A DNA stretch of 64,000 nucleotides from Oculina patagonica (taxonomy: Eukaryota), in NCBI RefSeq assembly GCF_052425735.1, contig NC_135761.1, forward strand, positions 17,298,001-17,362,000, written 5' to 3'. The notes beneath the pieces are model-generated. The model ran no database searches. It was not told where the DNA came from and saw only the letters and a program-made list of their open reading frames with translations. Shown in pieces: positions 23,801 through 34,132 of this stretch (its first letter is position 1; each line of letters begins with the position of its first letter). Position numbers and translations under genes: made by a program.

Positions 23801-26331
23801 GCGCTGTTCTGCTTCCCCAAGGTTGTCAGCGAAAGAGTAGTTTTCTCACCATCTACAGCCAACATTTCCATAAGTTGATGACTGCAGAACGACGTGTTTG
23901 ATCCACTATCTAAGAAGGCGTAAGTCAACACTGGGGTGTCTGAACCTCTGGCCTTAACCTTTACAGGGACGATGGGAAGACCAACCGTTGAAACGCCGGC
24001 CCCGGTTAGAGCACAGCGGCTATCGCCATTGACGTAGCCATTTTGCGCATTGCCATTGTAGTTTCCAGCTGCGTTTCCATTGACTTCATTGACTCGGTTT
24101 TGGTTAGGAGGAAGGTTCCCATTGTTGTGGTCTTGCGGCTTTTGATGCAGAAATGTTGAGTGTTTCGTTCGGCAGGCAGGAATTTTGCAGTAGCTGTCTT
24201 TCGGACAGGTCGGCACCGTGTGACCAGTCTGGAAGCAGTTCTCACAAAGACCTTTCTTACGCACGAGGGTAATTCTCTGTTCCACGGACTGTTTCTTAAA
24301 CTCACGACAGCGAGTCAACCAGTGGTTGCCGTTGCACAAATGGCATTTGGGCGTGGCCTTTGTTGAATCAGCTCCAGAAGGAGAATTTTCATTGCCCCCA
24401 CTGACGGGTACCTCTCCAATGGTCGCAAAGCTATCACCATACCGGGGTTTGCGCTTTTTCGGATCCTTTCCTTGGCTCTTCAGTTCGCTGCTAACGTTTC
24501 CGAATATCGGGTGATTTAAGGCTCTGGCCTTTGATTCGACGAATCTTGCGATGTCCTCGAACGTGATTTCTCTCTGTTTGTTACTTGTTACGTCGTCAGC
24601 AACATCGCGCCATCTTTGCCTCAATTGGAAGGGAAGCCTTTCCACTACCTTCTGTAGGCTGTCCGGATTCTCGATCTTGTTGAGGCAACCGATCTCTTTT
24701 AATGTGTTTTTGCAGCTCGTGAGTAGGACAGAGAACTTCTGAAGTGCTTCGCCGTCTTCATGCTTTATCGGCGGTCCATTTGTGACTCGATTAACGTACG
24801 CTGTCGCAATTTTGTAGCTTTGACCGTATCTGGATTTTAACAGTCTCCTTGCTTCCTGGTATCCTTCGTCTGGCTGCATTGATAAGCAACTTTTCATGAG
24901 CTCTTGGACGTCACCGGTAGTATACTGCACGAGATAATACAGCTTCGTGCTGCTGTTTTTCGTCTTGGCCTCGATGAGGTTCTCAAAGGATCGGATGAAG
25001 TTGCAGTAATTAACGGGATCGCCGTTGAACGCTTGCACCTCGGCATGAGGCAGCGTCAGCGTTAGGGACAGTTGCTGGTGTTGTCCTAATAGCTGTTGCA
25101 ATTGGTGGTCGCGGTACTGCTGCATGTACATAAGCTGCTCGTTGTGTTGTTGCTGCTGACGCTGAATATCTATCATATCTTGTATGAATTTTTCTCCGAC
25201 TGCCGAATTACTCGAGGAGGGACTTCGCTCTCGCTTGATTTCGTTAGAATACGAGCGGTGATCGCTGAGCTCATACTTTGGCAGGTTTGCTGGTGTCCAG
25301 GGATTCGCTTCAGGTGAAAAGATTTTGAACTGTCTTCCAGGTTGACTGTTTACTGGAATTGGTTGATGATCCTTTCTTGATTCTGTTGTTTCCCGGGTCT
25401 CGTCAGGAAAGCCATGTGAAGATTGTAGACCCTTTGAAGGTGGGTCCAAATTTTCAGGTGTCGGTAGGGAAAAGTGTGTTTCCCTGTTCAGGACGACTGG
25501 TAGGCGTGGCTGTCCCAGAGGAGGGGAAGTTGCGAGGTCCTGGACACGAGTCCGATTATTCAACGGTCGCTGAGCATACTGATCTCCAAGTTCAGCCAAA
25601 GCATAAACTTCCTCTTCGGCTTCCGTTTTGGCGATTTCGGTTTCAAGCTGAAGTTGTTGTTTACGTTGTTGAAGGCGTAATTCAGCTGTTTCTTGCTGTT
25701 GTTGGTATTTAAGTCCTTCATGTCTTAATTGCAGCTCTTCTTCTTGGAGAGTTTGCTTCTTACGTAAAGAAGCCGCTTCAGCAGCCAGTGAAGCCCGTTT
25801 TGCGGCTGCAGCAGTTCTGGCGTTGAAGGCCGATGACCCGGTTTCGGACACGCGCGAGCCGGAGCGTAAAGATTTCTTCGATTGTGCACGTGATCTTGAC
25901 CCAGCGTGGCTGATTGAATCGCGTGGATCGACTTCACTTTCCACTTTTCTACGGTGTTTATCTTCTGCCTTTGCGAACCACTCGTCGAGGGTTCGTTGAA
26001 AATTGACGATTCGTTGCGTTTCGCATTCGAAATATTCTTGCGAATCTTGAATTTCGCACTCGTCATCGAGTGTGGCGTGATAGGCGTTGTGGGCGTCTCG
26101 GAAATTGTTCGCGGTATCGTGAAACTCTTGCGCCTTTAACCTAACATCGGCAACAGTTTCGCAATTGGAAAAGCACTCCGTAATTTCCTTGATTTTCTTC
26201 GTAATGTTAGCTTTCGCAGCGCTTCTACTTTTGCGAAGTTGAAGTGATTTTTCATGCTGGATTCCAGCGTTGTCCAGGGTCACGTTAGGCATCCTGTCGC
26301 GGGTTGAATCTTCGCTCGAGTTCATGGCCAT
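20716..26331 (-). CDS. BEL/Pao Gag-Pol polyprotein
   Basis: Three Cys/His knuckles, LDSGS protease, YLPHH, VRVVFD, FYVDD RT, FADAS / TIPRLEL RNase H, integrase HHCC. The true frame is left at the T6 run 20887-20892. Confidence 0.96.
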   Translation of the reverse strand: MAMNSSEDSTRDRMPNVTLDNAGIQHEKSLQLRKSRSAAKANITKKIKEITECFSNCETVADVRLKAQEFHDTANNFRDAHNAYHATLDDECEIQDSQEYFECETQRIVNFQRTLDEWFAKAEDKHRRKVESEVDPRDSISHAGSRSRAQSKKSLRSGSRVSETGSSAFNARTAAAAKRASLAAEAASLRKKQTLQEEELQLRHEGLKYQQQQETAELRLQQRKQQLQLETEIAKTEAEEEVYALAELGDQYAQRPLNNRTRVQDLATSPPLGQPRLPVVLNRETHFSLPTPENLDPPSKGLQSSHGFPDETRETTESRKDHQPIPVNSQPGRQFKIFSPEANPWTPANLPKYELSDHRSYSNEIKRERSPSSSNSAVGEKFIQDMIDIQRQQQQHNEQLMYMQQYRDHQLQQLLGQHQQLSLTLTLPHAEVQAFNGDPVNYCNFIRSFENLIEAKTKNSSTKLYYLVQYTTGDVQELMKSCLSMQPDEGYQEARRLLKSRYGQSYKIATAYVNRVTNGPPIKHEDGEALQKFSVLLTSCKNTLKEIGCLNKIENPDSLQKVVERLPFQLRQRWRDVADDVTSNKQREITFEDIARFVESKARALNHPIFGNVSSELKSQGKDPKKRKPRYGDSFATIGEVPVSGGNENSPSGADSTKATPKCHLCNGNHWLTRCREFKKQSVEQRITLVRKKGLCENCFQTGHTVPTCPKDSYCKIPACRTKHSTFLHQKPQDHNNGNLPPNQNRVNEVNGNAAGNYNGNAQNGYVNGDSRCALTGAGVSTVGLPIVPVKVKARGSDTPVLTYAFLDSGSNTSFCSHQLMEMLAVDGEKTTLSLTTLGKQNSATECSVFKLEVFDLDEHSFVELPSVFSTPKLPVSKDSIPQQEDVSKYPHLNGIELPKIDACIGLLIGNDVPKALEPKEIRECNGQGPYAVRTMFGWTINGPLERKGNSARTANFIRADNELSQQFARFCNLEFSDSVYDKDPGMSKEDLRAVSIMEQSVKLKEGHYEIALPWRNVPPNLPDNRPLAEHRLKLLRRRLLKNQELLLKYSSFMEDLVKNGHARKVPQDRLTHPVGAVWYLPHHPVLNPNKPDKVRVVFDCAAKHQGTSLNDQLLQGPDLTNNLVGVLTRFRQEPVALMADVESMFHQVHVSPDDCDALRFLWWPNNDLNSEPEEYQMMVHLFGATSSPSCANFGLRRTAEDNQQAFSKEAVNSVKDNFYVDDCLKSVSSENKAIVLVDELRQLLSKGGFRLTKWISNSRKVIDSIPTSERAASVTDLLLDQLPIERALGVRWDVESDTFGFKISVKDRPPTRRGILSVVSSVYDPLGFAAPFTLPAKALLQDLCRKNLGWDDPISDEDLVRWRNWLDELPSLENLKVDRCFKPTDFGEVASSQLHHFADASQHAYGAVTYLRVINTKGDVHCSFLIGKSRLSPLKQLTIPRLELSAAVVATRLDKMLRKEIGIPVDQSIFWTDSTCVLGYIANEDKRFHTFVANRIAAIQEVSSPYQWRHVGTKENPADDASRGLSAEALLNNKRWLTGPDFLWKSEEDWPNQQFKTSTVAENDPEVKRESQVFSTKTETEKITLNQLFGRFSQWYRLKKFVAWILRYRANLRKAASQRKSGFIPRSQVTRIEPITVEELDKAEREILVHVQKESFKEEIAILKNSRADVINGCAATTKKIQVKKSSKISKLDPRLMDGLLRVGGRLENAPLRPDAKHPIILPTSHHVVGLIISFYHHASGHSGTEHVLSMIRERFWIIKARAAVRKSLNSCFNCRKRQAPVGEQKMANLPQDRITPDKPPFTYVGVDCFGPFFGSSWEKPSQEIWRGVHLLNSARDPHRGGPQSGHRLLPTQHESFRLQKGETRSGEIG

Positions 26332-26391
26332 ATAAATTCCCTTTCGGGTCGAGACCTTGGTTGAGTTGAGCGACGGTTATTTTCGAACTAA

Positions 26392-26845
26392 TGTAAGCAA
26401 TAAATCGTTCAGTTCAGAGTCTTGTTCCATTTAACGCTTACTTTATTGAATAGATCGAGGTAATTTGAACGCATCAGACAATAGAAACAATTATTGATGA
26501 ATATGGTTCGACTGAAAAGCAATAGATTACAACAATATAAGAAACTAATAAACGATTTGAAAAAACACTGAAAGAACAAAACTTACAAATATTCCTCTGA
26601 TCCGGTGGAGCGAAGACAAATCAGGACAAAAAACGTGAATAGAAAGAACGTAATCGTAGAAAGATCAAAACACGAGGTGATTGTGTAATAAACTTAGAAT
26701 AATGTAAACTGATCTTGATAGCAATCACATGATAAACAAAGTAACGCAATGTCACGCGTGTAGATCACGAGGTTGATAGCTGCTCACGCGTGTGAACAAT
26801 GTAAAAATAATACTAAAGAACAAAACGAGACGTTTGAATCTAACA
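26392..26845 (-). repeat. BEL/Pao 5' LTR
   Basis: Direct repeat of 19403-19856. Confidence 0.95.
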
Positions 26846-28012
26846 GTCACATTTACAAACGTTATATAACAATTTTAAACGTGACATGTCAGCTTTCTTA
26901 TCTCAACGCACGTGTGTCTGAAAGGCGATCTATAAAAAGCGTCGCACAAACAATGGATTGCGTAACTAAAACACGAATAAATAATCACTAGCACTTACAT
27001 CGCGTTGAGAGCAATGTTGCATGAATAGGCTTTACAACATGCGATCGTATCTACGCAGTTCGAGTGGAATTTCAGTCAAAGACAGCAAAATTCTTTCGTA
27101 TTTCATCTTCAAATATAATTCGAAAGCATTCACTGTATATGTGGCTTTTGTTTAATCCTGGGTCTTGATATCCGACCCTCGCCGAGCCGAGACAAAACGC
27201 AGCTTGAGTGTAACGATTTGTTTACGCAATGTTTTCTACGACAGTAGTCGGAAATATCCGTATTTTTTTTTGTGCTTTTTTATGGAGCAATCGTAACGAT
27301 ACGGCCTTGAACACATTAAACGGCGGTCTACCTATACGCAAAATCAAAGCGTCGAACGCATATTTTGCTGTTTCATTTGCTAATTTCGCTGCCGTAATCG
27401 ACTGCCTCGAAAGGTCCTTGCAATTTTAAAGTATAGAATTGTCAGATCTCGCTGAAATTTGCACTGTTTATTTGTGTAATGTTAAGGAATATGTGCCTAA
27501 ATACCCGGCGCGGACGAGCCATTTTTGACAAAATTATATGGCTGCATTTCCTCCGCGAAGATAGGAAATTGTTAAACTAAACTACAAAGAAACTGTAATG
27601 ATAAGTTCGAAGAACAATGCACAGGATAAACCTTCGACTCATATTTCATGCAAAAACGTCGATATCTCGAAGAGACTTTGATTTAATTTCCATGTTATTC
27701 ACATGGTCCAGTCTTTTTATAAGCACCAGGTGTAAAAGTTTTAACATGTTTTTTCCATGTTTTTTTTTTCACAGTGTTTATTCGATGAATTGACATGTTA
27801 TTTACATGGACCGTGGTTTTTGTTACAGGATTTTCTGTGTTTTTTTTTTTTTTTTTTTTTTTTTTTTGGCGTTTTACTTCAAATATTCACGTGTTTTTTA
27901 CAGTTTTTGAGAAGAACATGCGAAAGGGAAACAACTGCTGTAAATTATCGTTTACAGTGACTTTACATGTTACATGTTATTTATATACTTTGTAAATTTT
28001 CAACTTTTCCAG

Positions 28013-29076
28013 TGTATGCAGTAGGATCCGGAGAAGGATCCGGAGCAATTACCTCAGACGATGTAGAAGGATCCGGAGCAACTACCACAGTAGATGTAGA
28101 AGGAGCAACTACCACAGCAAATGCAGTAGGAGCAACTACCACAGCAGATGCAGTAGGAGCGACTACCACAGCAGATGTGGAGGATCCGGAGCAACGACAA
28201 CTGTAGATTCAATAGCAGAAATTACCACAGCAGATGCTGTAGGAGCGACTACCACAGCAGATGCTGTAGGAGCGACTACCACAGCAGATGTAGAAGGATC
28301 TGGAGCGACTACTACAGTAGATGTAGAAGGATCGGGAGCAACTACCACAGCAGATGCAGAAGGATCCGGAGCAACGACAACTGTAGATGCAGTAGGAGCA
28401 ACTACCACAGCAGATGCTGTAGGAGCGACTACCACAGCAGATGTAGAAGGATCTGGAGCAACTACCACAGTAGATGTAGAAGGATCGGGAGCAACTACCA
28501 CAGCAGATGTGGAAGGATCTGGAGCGACTACTACAGTAGATGTAGAAGGATCGGGAGCAACTACCACAGCAGATGCAGAAGGATCCGGAGCAACGACAAC
28601 TGTAGATGCAGTAGGAGCAACTACCACAGCAGATGCTGTAGGAGCGACTACCTCAGCAGATGTAGAAGGATCTGGAGCGACTACCACAGTAGATGTAGAA
28701 GGATCGGGAGCAACTACCACAGCAGATGCAGTTGGAGCGACTTCTACTGCAGATGTAGAAAGAGCAACTACCACTGAAGATGCTGTGGGAGTGACTACAA
28801 CAGCAGTTTCAGCGGAAGCAACTACCACAGCAGGCGCAGCGGGAGCAACTACTACTGCTGGGGGAAGAACAGTTGTTGCTGAGAGAACAATAATTACACC
28901 ATCAACCATCGCAGTTTCAGAAGGCTCAGCACAGAGCTCTTAAGCTACTTCTTCCTTGACAGAAAAGATAACCACAACCACAACACGTATTGAGAACGAA
29001 GACAGTTCAACAAAGGCTGATCCCTCTTCTACTAAAGTATCATCAACTACAAACACCATTATGCCTAACGGATTAG
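28013..29076 (+). CDS. Mucin/proteoglycan repeat exon of copy 2 (DVEGSGATTT / DAVGATTTA repeats), disrupted
   Basis: TTTTCCAG|TG TAT GCA ... GGA TTA G|GTAAG; 33-bp and 27-bp coding repeats; frameshift near 28181 and stop at 28941. Confidence 0.8.
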
Positions 29077-29197
29077 GTAAGAAAGGTTTTGGTGTTTTTT
29101 ATTTCTAGATCCTGCGTGTTGGACGGGTTAGTGTGTAGTGTTTGTGAACTTTTTTTATTAAAATTACTTTCAATACATGTTCCAATAACTTTTCCAG

Positions 29198-29304
29198 GTC
29201 CAGAGGTAATCATAACCTTGAATGTTAAGAAAGCTTGTGTTTCCAACTCGTTTGTACCATCTTCACAACAATACAAGACTTTGGGAACAGGGCTCTCGAA
29301 CAGT
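29198..29304 (+). CDS. Copy 2, first SEA exon
   Basis: TTTCCAG|GT...AGT|GTAAGT; encodes GPEVIITLNVKKACVSNSFVPSSQQYKTLGTGLSNS (SEA-like S-x-x-Y-x-x-L). Confidence 0.75.
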
Positions 29305-29666
29305 GTAAGTAAATGGTACATTAACACAAAAATAATGTGCCATGGCCATTTTTAGCAGCCAATAGGTCAAGATTAAATAAATTTGAAGTCGGATTTATTT
29401 CGCCCAAGTTTCTTTAATAAGTTGATAGGCCTACATCAGTTATTCCATGATTAACGAGCTTCAATGAGCTTCAATATTTTGACTCAGGGGTATATTATAA
29501 TGCCTCAAAAATGCAGTTGTTTTATAATAACTAAAAAACAGCTCTTCTAAGGTAATGTAGCGACGATCATCTATACGTAGCTATTAAATTCTCCAAAGTT
29601 GAACTCTATTCCCTATTGCATGAAACATTGTTACTTTTCTTTTAATCTTTGGTTTCCTTTAAAAAG

Positions 29667-29884
29667 GTACGTCGTTTGTACAAGACACTTCGACTCAAGA
29701 ATGCCCATGTTACAAGTCTTAACTGTGCATCCCCAAACAACATTCGCGCAATTGTGAACGTTACGTTTGGCACTGGACATCCAGCAGGCACAGACATCGA
29801 GAAAATGCTGGAAAACGAAATAAAAGACGGCTCACTTTTTGACATTCCAGTTGACAGGCTCAGAATACAACGTCACGTTTAATT
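29667..29884 (+). CDS. Copy 2, second SEA exon (1-nt insertion)
   Basis: 218 bp versus 217 bp in copy 1; GACAGGCTCAG versus GACAGCTCAG. Confidence 0.78.
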
Positions 29885-30076
29885 GTAAGTATTTTGTCTC
29901 CTTCACTTTTTTTGATGTAGTACTATACTGTTTCTGCTTAATAAATTTCGTGTGTCTTCATTGGTTTCCACTCAAGAAGAAAGCACACATGCAGACCAAT
30001 TGGCATACATACCAGGCGCTCTTTACACACTACAAACCCAGTGTTGCAGGATTAACTAAAGGGATTAACCTGCTTT

Positions 30077-30195
30077 GACCTGACTGACTGACTGACTGAC
30101 TGACTGACTGACTGACTGACTGACTGACTGACTGACTGACTGACTGACTGACTGGCTGGCTGGCTGGCTGGCTTGCTGGCTAGCTGGCTGGCTGG
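30077..30195. repeat. (TGAC)n(TGGC)n microsatellite
   Basis: Visible run. Confidence 0.9.
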
Positions 30196-30485
30196 CATAC
30201 TGGTTTCCAAACCTCTAAACCACTCAAAAAGCAGGCGCAAAAAGACCAATTGGCAGACATACCAGGCTCTCTTTACACACTAAAAACCCAATGTTGCAAT
30301 GGATTGACAGGATTAACCTGCTTTCACCTGACTGACCGACTGACGGTCGCAACGGCATTTTGAAACCACTTACAACCATAAGGACTGGCCCCACGTAAAA
30401 CAGAATGTCCTGTTTCCTCGAGACCTTTCATGTTCCCCAAGCCAGCGAATATTAATGCTAGGACATTGCTCATTAATTGCTTATC

Positions 30486-30795
30486 GGAGGCAAGCGTGGC
30501 CGAGTGGTTAAGGGCGCTGTTGTTGTAATCCGGAGGTCACCGGTTCAAGGCCTGCCCTTGCCACTAACTGGATTTGTTTCTCGGTTGTCCCGAGTTCAAA
30601 TCCTCGACCACGCTTTGTATATAGCCAACTGGTCTGCCTCCTGCCAGTTGGGATTTTTAACCTTGTTATGTTCATTTATGAATTATTTGTTTCCTCTGTT
30701 TCAGTGGCATGCCTGTAAACTAGCTATCTCGTTGAGATATGAAGCTAAGTGCATGACCACTATAAACACATATTCATTTATTTTTTTTATTTTTA
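30486..30795 (+). mobile_element. tRNA-derived SINE-like insertion
   Basis: A-box TGGCCGAGTGG and B-box GGTTCAAGGCC; absent from the paralogous intron of copy 1. Confidence 0.7.
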
Positions 30796-30900
30796 TTATT
30801 CACATGCCAGTTCATTGTTTATAACTTCAATTGCACATGCGTTATCACCTTCCTCCTTCCAGAAGACTACACATTATTTAATAAGCCTGTTTTCTTTTAG

Positions 30901-31089
30901 TCGTGATTTTAGGTTTTGAGATCGAAGCTGGAGAATGCGAAAGAGTGTGCTGCGGTGCAGGTGGTCCTGTTGTTATGGTTCAAACGTGCACTCCGCCAAA
31001 CCGGTGTGAAGGAATTGGAAATTCCACGAAGGAGGAGAACGGTCACTGTCCAGGAGAAGGAAAAGATACTTGCCAAGAACAAAAATGCG
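30901..31089 (+). CDS. Copy 2, 8-Cys exon
   Basis: TTTTAG|TC...TGCG|GTAAG; 189 bp; all 8 Cys conserved with copy 1. Confidence 0.8.
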
Positions 31090-31238
31090 GTAAGACTTCA
31101 TAGGCTTGATTGTCCACAGCGTACTTGCGGGGCCTATCATAGATTGGTTTTTATTCCAGTGGCCCTAAAATACAATATAAAATTGATCTTAAGAAGCGTT
31201 TTGGAGGGATTCAATTAGATGGAACAGCCTGGCCAATG

Positions 31239-33160
31239 TAGTCCATGAGCCAAATTTAAAAAGGGGCCTAAAAATAGGTTTTCGTAGCACCCCCCTTAAT
31301 ACCTAGTGAAATTGGTATCAAATTAAAGCTGAAGGTCAGAATTTTCTCAATCCACTTGTTACCAGGACGGAAAGTGGTGCATAAGGGAGATATGACATGC
31401 TTTTTACGGGGGGAAAGTGGAGATAAATTTTGCTTTGTAAATACAAGTAATGTCAAATCTCCAATACAAATCGCAAAAAACACACCTAAAAGTGATAAAG
31501 ATTTTTTACAAACATTTAAAATTAGTATTTTGTCACATTTCACACTTTTCATTTTTTTGCTTTCCACCCGTTGCCATGGAAACCGTAAATAAACCCATTC
31601 CTGCTATTTTCTTGATTATAAAAGTCGTTTTCTTATGTTTACAACCCAATTATTACGAAAAAATCAATTGTTTTTGTGTTTTCCCCTTTTATTCGCCTAA
31701 GCTTGTTTGTACCACAATGTATTTTAAGCCTTTGTCCCGTCATGCACTTAGCAACAACATGGCAGGGTCCGCCATCTTGGAAATTTGCTGAATCAGCAGA
31801 AGGTGAGAAATTGCCTCTTTTTTGCAAAAATAGCCTCCTAGCTATTGGCCGCGGCCGCATTCGAGAGTTAACTGGGTTAATTTTTTAGAAACCCGGTTAA
31901 AAAATTCCACAAAACTTAACTAGGTTAAATTATGGTTACCAAAACTAACTCGGTTAAATATTTTTAGCGGCCGCCAGCTCCACAGGCTGTGATGGAATTA
32001 GTTTGCTGTGGGTTCCGCGGCAACTGCCAAACAAGGCTTGCCTTGCTTGGTTAAGGCTTGCCTTGCACAGAAGCTTGTACTTGCTCTGAAAATTGCATGA
32101 ACAGTGCAACCGGCTTTAAAGATGGAGATGACGATGTTAATGACGACGACGAGGGTGAGGACAAGTAGATAAGCACTGGACTCAGGCTATGACTAAAACA
32201 TATGGCATAAACGGACTCTTGCATGTAGAAAAATCCCTTTTAAGACAAATATCGGTGTTGGCTATTTCTTGTTGTTAAATACTGAAATTTGTAATTTGTT
32301 TGCAACATTTAAAATAAAAGTTATCAAGAACATGTATTGCCAAATAACAGAATAAAATGTAGTTATCTAGAAACTCAGCTTAACTTATTTCGAAACTTGC
32401 TTTGTTCCTTTGCTCCTCTTTAGTGTAACCTTAGTTTGACATTACATGCATTCTGGTGTTGCAAAAACAATTTTTATAAGCCATTAAGTAGAAAGTGAAG
32501 TTTTAAATATGACAAGAGGCGCCTTAAGAAATCATGTGAGCCTATCTACGTCCACAATTAGTGGCCATTTTGCGAAAAAGAGACAATTCCTTACCTTCTG
32601 CTAATTCATCAAATTTCCAGCATGAAGGACGCTGCCGTGTGTTTGCTAATTGCATGATGGAACAAAGGCGTATCATGTATTGTGTTATCAAACAAACTAA
32701 TGAAATTACAAGGAAAAAAAACACAAAAAGAAGTATTTTTGGGGCTAACGGGCTAGTAATCATAAGAAACAGCATTTGCAATTAACGAGATAGTAGCAAT
32801 GGGATATATTCATGGTTTCCATGGCAACGGGTGCAAAAAAGGCTGGTCACAAAATTACGAAAGTATAAAATATGTCAAAATACTAATTTTAAGTGTATCT
32901 GAAAAAGATTGAGACAACTTTAGGCGGGTATTTCGTGATTTGTATTAGAGTTTTTACATCACGTGTATTTACAATGTAAAAAGTATCCCCACCTCCCCCT
33001 CGAAAAAAACTTGCCCTATCTCCCTTATGCACCATTTACCATCCTGGTAACAAGTAGTTTTAGAAACTTCACACCTTTAGCTTTAATTTGATACCAATTT
33101 CACTAGGTATTAAGGGGGGTGCTACGAAAATCCATTTTTGGGGTCTTGGCTTATGGACTA
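31239..33160. mobile_element. 1.9-kb foldback-like non-autonomous DNA transposon (TAG...CTA ends, ~620-bp imperfect TIRs, 3-bp TSD ATG)
   Basis: ATG|TAGTCCATGAGCCAA ... TTGGCTTATGGACTA|ATG; inverted similarity between about 31239-31860 and about 32540-33160. Confidence 0.85.
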
Positions 33161-33546
33161 ATGAAACAGTTAATGCACCAAACTTGACGGCCTTTAAGAA
33201 AAGCCTGCCGTCTGACCAAGCACTTAGCAAACGATGCTAACTTTGACTTTTTTTGTATCTATTTTTATCCATAGCATTTAAGCCTTACTTTAATTTGAAT
33301 AGTATTTATTTATTTTGTTAAGTACGGTAGTTATTTATTTTAACACTCACGAGAATCTTCAGTATTGAAGAAATATGATATTGCTGTTCAGAAAATCATT
33401 TCCGTATTTACTCGATTTAGCGCTGCGGCGCTCTTTAAATTTTAGTGTTTTTTTCGAGGGCAGCGCTTATTTGAGGGAGGCGATCTCTTAAAAATTACAA
33501 CATTTGCAAATGATATCAAGAGAGAGCCATGAAATATAGCCACTTG

Positions 33547-33547
<1 letters not shown>

Positions 33548-33603
<56 letters not shown>
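33548..33603. repeat. (AAT)n microsatellite
   Basis: Visible run. Confidence 0.9.
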
Positions 33604-33604
<1 letters not shown>

Positions 33605-33909
33605 CTTTTATTAGGAAGCCTTCATTCACTATTCACTAAATTTCGTTAGTTGGTTAAGATTGAGTTGTACCGTCCTTGTTTTTCTTAGTTTGTCTCCTTA
33701 AACAATTCAGTCTGAGGCGTTTATTCGAGGGCAGCGCTCTTAAATATTTTTGCTTTCATATGCTGCGTTTTATCGATTAAATACGGTATCTAAATACATA
33801 ATTCTTGTCAAGAAGAGTTCCAGAAGTCCTTTGGTTTTCTTAGAAGTAACTGTAAACAGTACTTCATGTAGCTCAACTTAGTCTGTAACATTTTATAAAT
33901 ATCTTTCAG

Positions 33910-33976
33910 GTGGTACCGGCGGCAACTCGCCAAGCTTCGCAATAATTGCTTTGTTGACGATCGTGTCTTTCTTCAG
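33910..33976 (+). CDS. Copy 2, GPI-signal-like exon
   Basis: TTTCAG|GT...TCAG|GTGAGA; encodes GGTGGNSPSFAIIALLTIVSFF(R). Confidence 0.75.
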
Positions 33977-34132
33977 GTGAGAAAAACTGCTATTATTAAA
34001 GAAAGAACGTTTATCGTAGTGTCACAGGAATGTTACAAATGGAAAGGCAAAATGGAGTTCAATACACAATTTTGCAGAACACGGAATATGCATGGCTTCG
34101 TCTTTAGTTGCATGTCAGTTAAGTATACACAC

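Larger units (their letters stand above)
19403..26845 (-). mobile_element. BEL/Pao LTR retrotransposon, full length and very young
   Basis: 454-bp LTRs at 19403-19856 and 26392-26845 (TG...CA, no differences seen by eye); 5-bp TSD GTCAC (19398-19402, 26846-26850); PPT-like AGGGGCCGGTA before the 3' LTR; Gag-Pol with one frameshift. Confidence 0.97.

Noticed and set aside
28163-28909. 248-aa minus-strand ORF (VVVAPDPS) and the plus-strand Arg/Cys-rich frame
   Set aside because: Shadows of the plus-strand EGSG/Thr exon, which has splice sites and a signal-peptide partner.
30486-30565. tRNA gene (also 57078-57150 and about 1200-1245)
   Set aside because: A and B boxes are present but there is no clean cloverleaf, and each continues into a repeat body, so these are SINE heads.
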